NCBI GenBank assembly: GCA_944341445.1
Contig: CALVLZ010000003.1
Span: 156,448-220,447 of the forward strand
Origin: an uncultured Clostridia bacterium
GTDB lineage: Bacteria; Bacillota; Clostridia; Christensenellales; UBA1242
Direction of reading: 5' to 3'
DNA length: 64,000 nt
The notes under the pieces are model-generated. The model saw only the letters and a list, made by a program, of their open reading frames with translations, was not told the DNA's origin and searched no databases. Of this stretch, positions 1 through 9,151 are shown one piece after another (the first letter of the stretch is position 1; every line of letters begins with the position of its first letter). The translations under genes were made by a program, and so were the position numbers.

Positions 1-264
1 GTCTAAAAACACAACTACTAAATTTAAGTTATTGCAATTAATTGCTCTAATTTTTAAACCAAATTTTAAAACTTTGTTATTATTTAAATTTATTGCTGGA
101 ACATATTCAATAAACGCAGTTTCACCATCAAAAGTTGTAATACTGCAAGTTTTATTTGAACGCAAATAAAAATCATCTAAAGAAACATTATCCGACTTTT
201 TAAAATTCAAAATTCCTTCTTTGTCCATTTCTTTAAAACTTGAATTTACTAATACATTACTCAT
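1..264 (-). CDS. hypothetical protein, first 88 codons only (gene runs off the left edge of the window)
   Basis: ATG at 264-262 with GGAGG (rev-comp of 273-277) 8 nt upstream. The frame stays open to base 1 (MSNVLVNSSFKEMDKEGILNF...). It is absent from the ORF track because no stop lies inside the window. No family recognised. Confidence 0.45.
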   Translation of the reverse strand, partial: MSNVLVNSSFKEMDKEGILNFKKSDNVSLDDFYLRSNKTCSITTFDGETAFIEYVPAINLNNNKVLKFGLKIRAINCNNLNLVVVFLD

Positions 265-352
265 ATCTCAATCCTCCAATAGAATATATTAAATTAAATC
301 AAAAAAAATTCATAGAATTAAAAAAACAAAAGTTATAAAATTAACTTTTGTT

Positions 353-1297
353 TTATGAAAATGGATAATCATCTAATTTTTTTAATCTTGCCATTAATAA
401 TTTAAAATATTTTTTTCTATTGCAATCTGTTAAAACAACAACGGGGCCACGTCTGTCTGGTTCAAAATATGTTTTACCCGGAGAATACTCTTCATCTATT
501 GTAATATAGCCTCTTTTGCTTTTAAAAATATTTGGATGCATTAGATACATATAAGTTATTGTATCATTTGTTGCAATTATTTTCTCTTTAAAACCAGGTT
601 CCCAGTATTTTGAATACATTGTATATAAAAATTCGCCAATTTTGTTTTGGTTTTTTATTTGATACACTTGTTGTTCACTTAAAAATGCTCTGCATCTACC
701 CATATCACTAGAAACCATAACTGTTGGTATTCCACACTTGTTAACTATATCGAATGCTTCTGGGTCGCTAGAAGCATTAAAACTTACATGGAAAGGCATA
801 CCATCAACATACCCCCAAGGGTTGCCGCCCATATAAATTATTTTTTTAACCATTTTAATAACATCCGGGTGTTTTAATATTAATTGACCCATATTAGTTT
901 GAGGACCAATTAATAAAATATAAATATCCTTTGCATTCTCTTTGATAACTTCATACATTTTTTCAATTGGGTCAACATCCAAAGGTTTTAATATTTTAGC
1001 TTTTTGTGGAATATACCCACCAAGCCCTGTGTTTGAATGGATTTCAGCCGCATGCTTTGCTTCTCTATATAATGGAGTGTACGAACCTTTAACAACCGGT
1101 ATATCATACTTATGCATTTTTTCAAGCAAGTGCAATAAGTTATTAGTAACAACGTTTATATCTAAATTACCACTAACGGTTGATAATAATTTTATATCTA
1201 GCCTTGGATCTGTTAATGCAAAAACTAACATTGCTGTATCATCAACGCCGGGGTCTGTATCTATTATAACTTTATATTTTTTATTAATTAAGCACAT
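353..1297 (-). CDS. inosine-uridine-preferring nucleoside hydrolase family protein
   Basis: The N-terminal DTDPGVDD aspartate cluster is typical of IU-nucleoside hydrolases, and the length is about 314 aa. Start moved from the track start (1318) to the ATG at 1297 (MCLINKK), which has AGGAGA immediately upstream. Confidence 0.85.
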   Translation of the reverse strand: MCLINKKYKVIIDTDPGVDDTAMLVFALTDPRLDIKLLSTVSGNLDINVVTNNLLHLLEKMHKYDIPVVKGSYTPLYREAKHAAEIHSNTGLGGYIPQKAKILKPLDVDPIEKMYEVIKENAKDIYILLIGPQTNMGQLILKHPDVIKMVKKIIYMGGNPWGYVDGMPFHVSFNASSDPEAFDIVNKCGIPTVMVSSDMGRCRAFLSEQQVYQIKNQNKIGEFLYTMYSKYWEPGFKEKIIATNDTITYMYLMHPNIFKSKRGYITIDEEYSPGKTYFEPDRRGPVVVLTDCNRKKYFKLLMARLKKLDDYPFS

Positions 1298-1532
1298 ATT
1301 TCTCCTAAAGGCATACATAATAATTTAACACAAAAATTATAACAAAATATGTTTTTATATGCAAATGCTTTTATTAAAGTATATTTTAAAACAATTAGTA
1401 AAATAATTTATATGAAATATTACAAAAATTAGTTAAACTTAAAAAATCAAAATTTATTTGAATTTTATTAAATATTATGTTATTATATAACTATTAATAT
1501 ACGTTTCTTATATGAGATATAAGGAGTTAGAA

Positions 1533-2198
1533 ATGAGTAAAATAAATACAAAAACAAATTCTGCACAACAAAGAGTTTTGATGTCGACAATAATAACCGG
1601 CATTAAATCCAATAGTATTTTATCAGAAATCAATAACATGATAGATAAATATTCAAACAATTTAAACGCATATTCAAATTTAATGGAATACTTTAGTTGC
1701 ATTCCAAATGTGTTAAATCCTAAAAACCCTTTTAATAGCAATGATTTAATAAAAAAAGATATTGCAAGTGGTATAGAAGTTCCAGGAGCCTTGATTAGTT
1801 TAAAGTTCTATCAAAATAATTACGACACATCAAAACCAATCAACCCAGATGAAGTTTTTACTAACTTTGATGGATATTACGATAGTTTGAAAAAATTTGA
1901 AAAAATTTCAAAAGAAGATGCAAAATCTGCAAAGCAACAATATGTTGAATTAACAAAATCATATAAAGATTTGCTAACAGGAAACGCTTCAAAAGAAGTT
2001 GTTGAAAGTTTTAAAGGTGTAACCGTTAAAACTTTTGCAGATGCTTTATCTGTTTTACAAGGCATTGAAACTTTTAACACATTTGCTAATGAGCAAATTA
2101 AAATGATTAACGCAATGGGAAAAGACGGTTATAAGAAATTCCAAATTCAAAAAATTCAAAAAGCGATGCTTCAAAAGCCACGCAAAAAAGCAAAATAA
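1533..2198 (+). CDS. hypothetical protein (helical, Lys/Asn-rich)
   Basis: ORF with AAGGAG 6 nt upstream of the ATG at 1533 (MSKINTK); the track start at 1512 lacks an SD. No motif recognised. Confidence 0.55.
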   Translation: MSKINTKTNSAQQRVLMSTIITGIKSNSILSEINNMIDKYSNNLNAYSNLMEYFSCIPNVLNPKNPFNSNDLIKKDIASGIEVPGALISLKFYQNNYDTSKPINPDEVFTNFDGYYDSLKKFEKISKEDAKSAKQQYVELTKSYKDLLTGNASKEVVESFKGVTVKTFADALSVLQGIETFNTFANEQIKMINAMGKDGYKKFQIQKIQKAMLQKPRKKAK

Positions 2199-2212
2199 TT
2201 TTATTACAAAGC

Positions 2213-2245
2213 AAAAAGAACCTAAAAATAGGTTCTTTTATTTTT
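2213..2245. terminator. bidirectional intrinsic terminator
   Basis: AAAGAACCT / AGGTTCTTT 9-bp stem with a 6-nt loop, A-run before and T-run after. It lies between convergent genes. Confidence 0.7.
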
Positions 2246-2246
2246 A

Positions 2247-3509
2247 TTATCTTGCTTTATACTTATTATTAACGTTTTCATCTATTGCTTTTTTAGGTTC
2301 TAAAATGGCACCGTTTTCAATTAAAAACTTTATTTTGTCTTTTCCTAAATAATTACAATGTCTTTCAATTGCTTTGTTTAATGCACATACTCCAGAATTA
2401 TCAACAACATTTAAGTCTGCGCCATTTTCTTTTAAAAATTTTAAAACTTCTGCTCCATATACTCCACTTGTTGCTGCGTAAAAAATAGGTGTTCTTCCTT
2501 TGTCATCAACAATGTTAACATCAGCATTATGTTCTAATAACTTACTTGCATATTTTACACTGTTTTTGTCTGCTGCTTCACAAAGTGCAATGTTTTGTTT
2601 GCCTTTTAACGCATTTGGATTTGCAGCCATCTTAATTAATAAATCAAAAATTTCTTCTTTATCATATTTAACAGCATAACACAAAGCTTCTGCCAAACCT
2701 TCTTCGTAAGTCTTGCTTTTTCCGCCTCTCTTCAAAACTCTTAACATCAAATCTTTATTATTTTCTCTTACTACACAATTTAGCGGATTTTCATGATTAT
2801 TTTCATAATAACTATCAGGTCCAGTAGGCCATTCATAAACATCTAATTTATCGTATTCCAACAACAAATTAACAATATTATCTAATCCATTCACCATTGC
2901 ATAATGAAGCGGATTTTCACCAGCAACTGCTCTTATATTTGGATTTGCACCATATCTCATTGCTAATTCTAAAAGCTTTTCACTACGATTAAATACTGCA
3001 ATGTTAACTATTCCACAACCTATAAGTTCAATATCATCTGCATAACTAATATCTTGTCCATTTAAAATATTAGGGTCTGCACCTTTTTTTAATAGTTTCT
3101 CTGCCGCAATATAATCTCCTTTTAAATAAGCAAATATTAGAGGTTTTACATTGCCATACCAACCTATAGCATTTAAATCTTTAACATGTTCAACCAATAA
3201 ACTAAAAATAAAACAACTTTGACAATTTATGGCATAACACAAATCTGATGCTGTCACTTCAGTGTCATTGTCAATTAAAGTTCTCATTGCTTTGTAGCAA
3301 TATTTCTTTATTGCAATTTCCTTTGTTTTTTTTGTTGGCAAAGCTCCCGCATTTAAATATTTTTCAACTAACAATTTTGAATCCATTTCAACTGCTTTAT
3401 CTAATTTTTGGTTTAGTATTTCTTGTTTCTTTTCTATGGTCTGTTTTTCAAAGTATTCCTCTTCTTTCGCTTCTTTATAAGCTTTTCTAAATCTTTCAAT
3501 AAATCCCAT
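2247..3509 (-). CDS. ankyrin-repeat protein with N-terminal coiled-coil-like segment
   Basis: Several 33-aa ankyrin units, e.g. GANPNIRAVAGENPLHYAMVNGLDNIVNLLLEY, HNADVNIVDDKGRTPIFYAA and GADLNVVDNSGVCALNKAIERH. AAGGTG lies upstream of the ATG. Confidence 0.85.
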   Translation of the reverse strand: MGFIERFRKAYKEAKEEEYFEKQTIEKKQEILNQKLDKAVEMDSKLLVEKYLNAGALPTKKTKEIAIKKYCYKAMRTLIDNDTEVTASDLCYAINCQSCFIFSLLVEHVKDLNAIGWYGNVKPLIFAYLKGDYIAAEKLLKKGADPNILNGQDISYADDIELIGCGIVNIAVFNRSEKLLELAMRYGANPNIRAVAGENPLHYAMVNGLDNIVNLLLEYDKLDVYEWPTGPDSYYENNHENPLNCVVRENNKDLMLRVLKRGGKSKTYEEGLAEALCYAVKYDKEEIFDLLIKMAANPNALKGKQNIALCEAADKNSVKYASKLLEHNADVNIVDDKGRTPIFYAATSGVYGAEVLKFLKENGADLNVVDNSGVCALNKAIERHCNYLGKDKIKFLIENGAILEPKKAIDENVNNKYKAR

Positions 3510-3606
3510 ATTAGCACCTTTTTAATATATTTACTTAGTTACAATTATAAAGTAGCAAACCATATTTATCAATATGCAAAAATTTTAAAAATGTATATTA
3601 AACAAC

Positions 3607-3636
3607 ACAAAAAAAAGAACTTTATATAAAGTTCTT
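3607..3636 (-). terminator. intrinsic terminator of the three-gene membrane/SHOCT operon
   Basis: AAGAACTTTA / TAAAGTTCTT palindromic stem followed on the minus strand by a T8 run. Confidence 0.7.
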
Positions 3637-3651
3637 TTTAAATAGACAATT

Positions 3652-4095
3652 TTAATTTTGGTTTAAATCATTAATTAGTTTTTGATATTCTTCTTCCGTT
3701 AACAAACCTTGCTCTTTTAAAAGTTGCAATTTCTTTATTTTTTCATCTTTTGTTTCTTCTTTAACTTCCTCGCTAACCTCTGTTGGTTCTTCTTCAACAA
3801 CGGTTGCATTAATAATATTGCTTTTATTAACCCTAACCAAAACAACAACATTTAAAACAACAGAAACTATGTTTAATGTTAATAAAAACAAAACGGACCA
3901 GATAATAATATTTTTTGTTTGACCTTTTACCAATTCTTTATTTAATTCTATTAAAGAATTAATGTAAAAAGCACCCATTAAAACAGGAATCCCAAGCAAA
4001 GCCCCAATAATTGTAAAACTATAAATAATTCCAAAAATCATGGCTGCTGTTGCTGAAATCTTTAATAAAATTTTGTCTGTGTTACTTAGCCCCAT
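3652..4095 (-). CDS. membrane protein with C-terminal SHOCT domain
   Basis: Three predicted TM helices, an acidic linker, and a C-terminal KLQLLKEQGLLTEEEYQKLINDL that matches the SHOCT (short C-terminal domain) pattern. The start overlaps the upstream gene by 14 nt. Confidence 0.7.
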   Translation of the reverse strand: MGLSNTDKILLKISATAAMIFGIIYSFTIIGALLGIPVLMGAFYINSLIELNKELVKGQTKNIIIWSVLFLLTLNIVSVVLNVVVLVRVNKSNIINATVVEEEPTEVSEEVKEETKDEKIKKLQLLKEQGLLTEEEYQKLINDLNQN

Positions 4096-4651
4096 TATCT
4101 ATTCCTTTACTTGCGTATTTTTCCATAACTTCACTGACGTATTTATTATATTCGTCGTTTGTTATTATGCCTTTTCCTCTTTGAATTTTTAAACTTTCAA
4201 TTTCTCTTGCCAAATTTGAAAGTTCATTGTTTAAATTGTTATATTCTTTTACACTTTCTGTCCCATTTTCCGCTTCTTGCCAATTTGTAACCATTACAAT
4301 AAAAACTAAAAACATTGAAATAAATGATGCTGAAAATAAGTGCAACACCAAAACAATAACAAGAAGAAATCTATATTTCTTAAAATTTTTTGCGTTTAAT
4401 CTTGCAAAAACAAAACAAAACGCACAAATAATTAAATAAACAATTATTATTGATATTAACAACATTTTCAAAAATTCAATTTCATTTTCAACGTTCATTG
4501 ATTCCAAGCTTGGTTTTAAACTTTCCAACATTGAATTAATAAAAGTTTCGTTGCCACTTAAAATTAAGCCAAAACAAAAGCACATTATTATTAACATAAC
4601 AAGATTTAAAGCGCCCGCTATGTTTAAAATAACTTTTCTTGTTTTATCCAT
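4082..4651 (-). CDS. membrane protein with SHOCT-like C-terminal segment
   Basis: Four hydrophobic helices and a C-terminal LKIQRGKGIITNDEYNKYVSEVMEKY (SHOCT-like). The N-terminus MDKTRKVILNIAG resembles that of the upstream paralog. The start overlaps the upstream gene by 8 nt. Confidence 0.6.
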   Translation of the reverse strand: MDKTRKVILNIAGALNLVMLIIMCFCFGLILSGNETFINSMLESLKPSLESMNVENEIEFLKMLLISIIIVYLIICAFCFVFARLNAKNFKKYRFLLVIVLVLHLFSASFISMFLVFIVMVTNWQEAENGTESVKEYNNLNNELSNLAREIESLKIQRGKGIITNDEYNKYVSEVMEKYASKGIDNGAK

Positions 4652-5099
4652 TATTTTCCTCTTTTACAACTTCGGTATTTTTTATTTTACTAACTTTGTT
4701 TTCTTTTTCAAATTTAACAAATGCAATAACAACAAAGAAAATTCCCAATAAAATATTAGCAAAAATTAGTGTTAAAATTGAAACAGTGTTAATTAATAAT
4801 TTTTGGTCTTCAAAAGTTTCTTTTGAAAAAAATGAAACAATTAATGAATAAATTCCAGATGCAATTGAAAGAACACCACGAGATAGCACCAAACCAACCA
4901 AAACTTGTGTTATCATTAACACCGGTTTATATTCTGTGCTTGCGTCTGTTTTACCTAAAAAGTAAAACAATTTTTTTGCAAACTTTTCAATTGTTGTGTA
5001 ATCGTTTAAAGCAATAAAACTTAAAACTGTTACAACAATCCCTGCAACAATTAACAACACACCATTACTAATAAATAAAATTTTTCTTGTTTTTTGCAT
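4644..5099 (-). CDS. membrane protein (paralog-like N-terminus, no SHOCT)
   Basis: MQKTRKILFISNG N-terminus similar to the 4082-4651 product, with four hydrophobic helices. It is the first gene of the overlapping operon. Confidence 0.6.
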   Translation of the reverse strand: MQKTRKILFISNGVLLIVAGIVVTVLSFIALNDYTTIEKFAKKLFYFLGKTDASTEYKPVLMITQVLVGLVLSRGVLSIASGIYSLIVSFFSKETFEDQKLLINTVSILTLIFANILLGIFFVVIAFVKFEKENKVSKIKNTEVVKEENNG

Positions 5100-5293
5100 A
5101 TTGAAACCACTTCTTTAATCATATTATTTCATAGTACATTATAACAAATTAAAGCGAAATATCAAATTAATTATTACAACTTATACATAAATATTATTTG
5201 TATAACACAACTTTTTATGTTGTTATTATAATTGACTAAATTTACCATTTTTTATAAAATTTAAACAATTAATAAATAAAAAAGGTTTCAAAA

Positions 5294-5686
5294 ATGGAAG
5301 AAATAACATTATTAGAAAAATTAAACACTGCAGAAAAAATAACTTTAACAATAGATAATAAAATTGTGTATTTGAATAAAGATGAAATTTTAGATGAATT
5401 TAATAATATGGCTGAAGACTCATACTTTTCTCCAGCACTTGGTGTTAGTTTAGATAATTTAACAAGAGAAGAAAAAAAAGAAGGTGTTTGGTTAGAGTTT
5501 TTTTATAGCGAAGAAACAAAATTTGCAGAACTTCCTTTCACTTCACTTTTAGTTCACATACAACCTAAATTTTACGGATTTAATTTAATTAGATGTTTTA
5601 ATGAAAAATATGAAGGTAGATGCTTATATTTAAATTTATCAAAACTTTCAACTCAATTTTATAATTACTTAATATCAAAAAAATAA
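5294..5686 (+). CDS. hypothetical protein
   Basis: 130-aa ORF followed by a terminator hairpin that includes its stop codon. No motif recognised. Confidence 0.5.
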   Translation: MEEITLLEKLNTAEKITLTIDNKIVYLNKDEILDEFNNMAEDSYFSPALGVSLDNLTREEKKEGVWLEFFYSEETKFAELPFTSLLVHIQPKFYGFNLIRCFNEKYEGRCLYLNLSKLSTQFYNYLISKK

Positions 5687-5710
5687 AGCAGACCTTTGCT
5701 TTATTTTTTT
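5681..5710. terminator. bidirectional intrinsic terminator
   Basis: TAAAGCA / TGCTTTA stem flanked by an A-run and a T7 run, between convergent genes. Confidence 0.6.
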
Positions 5711-6605
5711 AAACTCCTTCTAAATCAAAACTTGGTATATACTCATCACTTGCACTATCCAAACTTTGCATAAAACCATTTTTAAAACCAAGCAAATTAA
5801 AATAATTAACAACCCTTTTATATTCAATTGGTTTAAGTTTTTTATTTATAAAATCATAACCATTTGCTTTAAAGCAAGGAACATATTGCCCCATTATGCT
5901 AATTATTGTGTTATCCCCTAAATTGTTAAAAATCCAATCTAAAATTTTAACACTGTCATTTGTGCAACTTGGCAAAACTAAATGCCTAATAATAACGCCT
6001 TTTTGCATAATTCCGTTATCATCAAAAACATCTTTTGGCTGATTTTTTCTCATTTGAAGTATTGCTTTTGTTGCAACTTCAAAATAGTTTTCTGCTCCGG
6101 ATAACGTTTTAGAAAGTTTTTTATCGTAATACTTCAAATCTGTTAAATAAATATCAACATAATCTTTTAATAATTTTATTATTTCTTCAGATTCATAACC
6201 ACTTGTGTTATAAACAATTGGTATTTTTGGTTTGTAAATTTTTAATGCTTCAATAATCTCAAAAACATGTGGTGTTGGAGTTACTAAATTTATATTGTGT
6301 GCTTTTTTCAATTCCAACTCTTTAAAAATTTCAACAAGTCTTTCAACAGTTATTTCTTTTCCCACCGCACCAAAACTTATTTCACTGTTTTGGCAATACA
6401 CACATTTTAAGTTGCAACCGCTAAAGAAAATTGTTCCACTTCCATTGGTTCCAGATATTGGCGGTTCTTCCCATTTATGCAAATAAACCTTTGCAACTTT
6501 TAATTTTTTAACGCCACAAAACCCATTTTTTTCATTTCTGTTAATTCCACATTTTCTGGGGCAAGATTCACATTTTGTTAACTGAAAAATTTCACTATTT
6601 TTCAT
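5709..6605 (-). CDS. radical SAM protein, PflX-like (putative glycyl-radical-enzyme activase family)
   Basis: CNLKCVYCQN is a CxxxCxxC radical-SAM cluster motif. There is an additional N-terminal Cys cluster (CESCPRKCGINRNEKNGFCG), as in the COG1313/PflX family. About 298 aa. Confidence 0.8.
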   Translation of the reverse strand: MKNSEIFQLTKCESCPRKCGINRNEKNGFCGVKKLKVAKVYLHKWEEPPISGTNGSGTIFFSGCNLKCVYCQNSEISFGAVGKEITVERLVEIFKELELKKAHNINLVTPTPHVFEIIEALKIYKPKIPIVYNTSGYESEEIIKLLKDYVDIYLTDLKYYDKKLSKTLSGAENYFEVATKAILQMRKNQPKDVFDDNGIMQKGVIIRHLVLPSCTNDSVKILDWIFNNLGDNTIISIMGQYVPCFKANGYDFINKKLKPIEYKRVVNYFNLLGFKNGFMQSLDSASDEYIPSFDLEGV

Positions 6606-7761
6606 TATTCTTTTGTTTTTTCCTTTCTTCTTTTTGCAATTTTTTTAATTTTTTCTTTTCTTCTTTTAATTCCTTTTTAGTTTTAGGAACTTTAGCAATT
6701 TCGCTTACTTCTTTTTCTATTTCCGCTTCTTCATTAGTTAAATTTTCGTTTTCAACTTCACTATCATTTGCTTTTGTTTCAACACTTTTTTTAGATTCTT
6801 CTTTAACTTTTTCGGTTTTCTTATTTTTCCAACTCCAAAAACTTTTTTTAGTTAAATTTTTAGTATTATTTTCATCTGTTTTTTCAACAATATTTTCAAC
6901 ACTAATTTCTCTAACCTTTAATGGAGTTTTATTATATGGCAAAACTTCATTCCCGTTATGCATTCTAACTTCTAATTGATTATATGGTATTTCAATTTTA
7001 TTTCTTTTTAGTTCATTAAAAACTGTTTCTGTTATTTCATAATAAACATCCCAATATTCTTCTGACTTGCACCAACAATTTGCAACAAATGTAATGCTTG
7101 AACTATCTAATGATTTTAAAGCAACAAAAGGTGCCGGTTCAATATTAACCTTTTCATTATTTATTATGCAATCATAAATGATTTTTTTAACTGTTGAAAC
7201 ATCTGAAGCATAAGCCACACTAAAATTAAAAACAACTTTGCGAGTTTTTCTTCCGTTGTAGTTAACTATATCATTTTCAACAACAGTTTTATTGGGAATA
7301 CTAACCAACTTGTTGTCTGTGGTTAATAATATTGTGTGCAACATTTTTATTTCTTTAACTGTCCCTTCATTGCCATCAATACTAACATAATCACCTTCCT
7401 TAAAAGGTTTTGTTATAATTATCACAACACCATTTGCCAAATTGCTTAAAGAACCTTGCAAAGCAAGAGAAATTGCTAAACCAGCAGCACTTAAAATTGC
7501 AATAAAACCTGTGATTGGTATTCCAATAATTTGAGCAATAACAACAATTAACAACAAATAAAAAACAAACTTAACAACGTTTAAAATAAATCTTTGTGCA
7601 ACAATATCAATTTTAGTTTTACCCAACAACTTTTTTGATATTTTTAAAAATATTTTAATAACAATAATACCAAGAATAAAAACGCCAATACATTCTAAAA
7701 GTTTTATGCCGCCATCAGTTACAAAATTAATAAACTTTTCTTTTAATTGTTCCCAAGCCAC
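6595..7761 (-). CDS. small-conductance mechanosensitive channel (MscS family) with Lys/Glu-rich C-terminal tail
   Basis: Three N-terminal TM helices, then GDYVSIDGNEGTVKEIKMLHTILLTTDNKLVSIPNKTVVENDIVNY, the conserved MscS beta-domain signature. GTG start with GGAGGAG 6 nt upstream. Confidence 0.85.
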   Translation of the reverse strand: MAWEQLKEKFINFVTDGGIKLLECIGVFILGIIVIKIFLKISKKLLGKTKIDIVAQRFILNVVKFVFYLLLIVVIAQIIGIPITGFIAILSAAGLAISLALQGSLSNLANGVVIIITKPFKEGDYVSIDGNEGTVKEIKMLHTILLTTDNKLVSIPNKTVVENDIVNYNGRKTRKVVFNFSVAYASDVSTVKKIIYDCIINNEKVNIEPAPFVALKSLDSSSITFVANCWCKSEEYWDVYYEITETVFNELKRNKIEIPYNQLEVRMHNGNEVLPYNKTPLKVREISVENIVEKTDENNTKNLTKKSFWSWKNKKTEKVKEESKKSVETKANDSEVENENLTNEEAEIEKEVSEIAKVPKTKKELKEEKKKLKKLQKEERKKQKNNEK

Positions 7762-7884
7762 AACTAACTCCTCCTAACCGTTAACTTTTTTATATTATAC
7801 CCTATAATAATTCAATTTTAAAATAAAAAGCATAAATAACTAACAAAATGTTAATTAAGTAACTTAAATAACACATTGTAAAAT

Positions 7885-7913
7885 TTGATTTAATAAACTT
7901 AATTTAGTATAAT
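7885..7913 (+). promoter_or_regulatory. sigma-70-type promoter for tRNA-Ser(CGA)
   Basis: TTGATT (7885-7890), a 17-nt spacer, then TATAAT (7908-7913), 13 nt upstream of the tRNA 5' end. Confidence 0.7.
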
Positions 7914-7926
7914 AAAAAATGTGAAT

Positions 7927-8015
7927 GGAAAGGTGTCAGAGTGGTTGAATGAGCTGGTCTCGAAAACCGGTGTTCCTTCAAAGAACCGCGGGTTCAAATC
8001 CCGCCCTTTCCGCCA
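7927..8015 (+). tRNA. tRNA-Ser (anticodon CGA), CCA encoded
   Basis: The acceptor stem GGAAAGG pairs with CCTTTCC. The anticodon stem-loop is CTGGT-CTCGAAA-ACCGG. It has a long variable arm, a GGTTCAAATCC T-loop, and a terminal GCCA. Confidence 0.9.
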
Positions 8016-8044
8016 CATATTTAATTTTCAAAAGAGGTTTACTA

Positions 8045-8977
8045 ATGGATAAAAAAATAATTGACCACTTTTTAAAAACAGGAATGTACACAAATGCAGG
8101 ACCTTATGAAGAATTATATAAATCTTTACCAGATGATATTTACGAACTTCGTGAAATTGTTAATAAGCAACATATTCACAAAATGTCATTATATCGTTCA
8201 TTTCTATCTAAAAACAATAACAAAATTAACTTAAAATATAAATGGCAAAATTATAGATGTTTGGACGATGTGCTTTTAACAGCCCCAGCAATGACAGCAG
8301 AATTAATTAGACTAAATGATGGCAAAAATCCTTTTCTTGAAATCAGCCAGGACCCAAACAAAAAACTTGTTATAACCTGCAGATATGTGTCTGTGTTATA
8401 TGCTTCAATCTTGAAAGCTAAAGGGATTCCTTGCAGATGCAGAAGTGGTTTTGCACCATATCTTTATGATGATAAAATTGTTGACCATTGGATAGTGCAA
8501 TATTATGATAAAAACTTTAATAAATGGGTGAATATTGATTCCCAAGCAAACATAAAAAGTAAAAATTTTAATGTTTGCAACTTCCCTAACAATGCGTTTA
8601 TATGGGCCGCTGATGCATGGCTTTTAATGAGAAAAAACAAACTTGAAAACAAGGAAAAATATGTAAACGGCAAAAAGCATTTTGGAGATGCAACTTTTGC
8701 ATGGAGCCTTTTAATGGACTTTCATTCACTTTTCCACGATGAAATAAACTATGTTACTTTGCCTGTATTTTTGTGGGAATGCTATGACGATTTAGGCAAA
8801 CTAAAAAAATCAACTTTAAAAGAACTTGATAATCTTGCAAAGCTTATGCAAAATGTTGATGAAAACTTTGATGAACTTGAAAAAATATGGGAAACTAACA
8901 AAAAATTAAGATGTGTTGCTAGTTCCTTAAATAACACTTTTTTACATTTAGAATTGGATAAAAAAGACTTTAATTAG
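8045..8977 (+). CDS. transglutaminase-like (papain-fold) domain protein
   Basis: A Cys...His...Asp arrangement typical of the transglutaminase core (CRYVSVLYASILKAKGIPCR ... DHWIVQYY ... WVNIDS). The track start at 7949 overlaps the tRNA; the ATG at 8045 has AGAGG upstream. Confidence 0.6.
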   Translation: MDKKIIDHFLKTGMYTNAGPYEELYKSLPDDIYELREIVNKQHIHKMSLYRSFLSKNNNKINLKYKWQNYRCLDDVLLTAPAMTAELIRLNDGKNPFLEISQDPNKKLVITCRYVSVLYASILKAKGIPCRCRSGFAPYLYDDKIVDHWIVQYYDKNFNKWVNIDSQANIKSKNFNVCNFPNNAFIWAADAWLLMRKNKLENKEKYVNGKKHFGDATFAWSLLMDFHSLFHDEINYVTLPVFLWECYDDLGKLKKSTLKELDNLAKLMQNVDENFDELEKIWETNKKLRCVASSLNNTFLHLELDKKDFN

Positions 8978-9151
8978 AATTAAATAACGAACAATAACAA
9001 CTGTTAGAATTTATAATAAATAGTTGAAAAATTTTGCAATAGTGTTTTCCCCACTACCACTTTTTCCACAAAAGCAAAAACACATGCTAAATTATTTATA
9101 ACCGCCTCTTACAATTTATGTAAAACTGTACTTTATTATAAATTCTGTTGT

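Noticed and set aside
7949-8044. N-terminal extension of ORF 7949-8977 (MSWSRKPVFLQRTAGSNPALSATYLIFKRGLL)
   Set aside because: This segment is the tRNA-Ser(CGA) gene read as protein. The real start is the ATG at 8045, which has its own SD.
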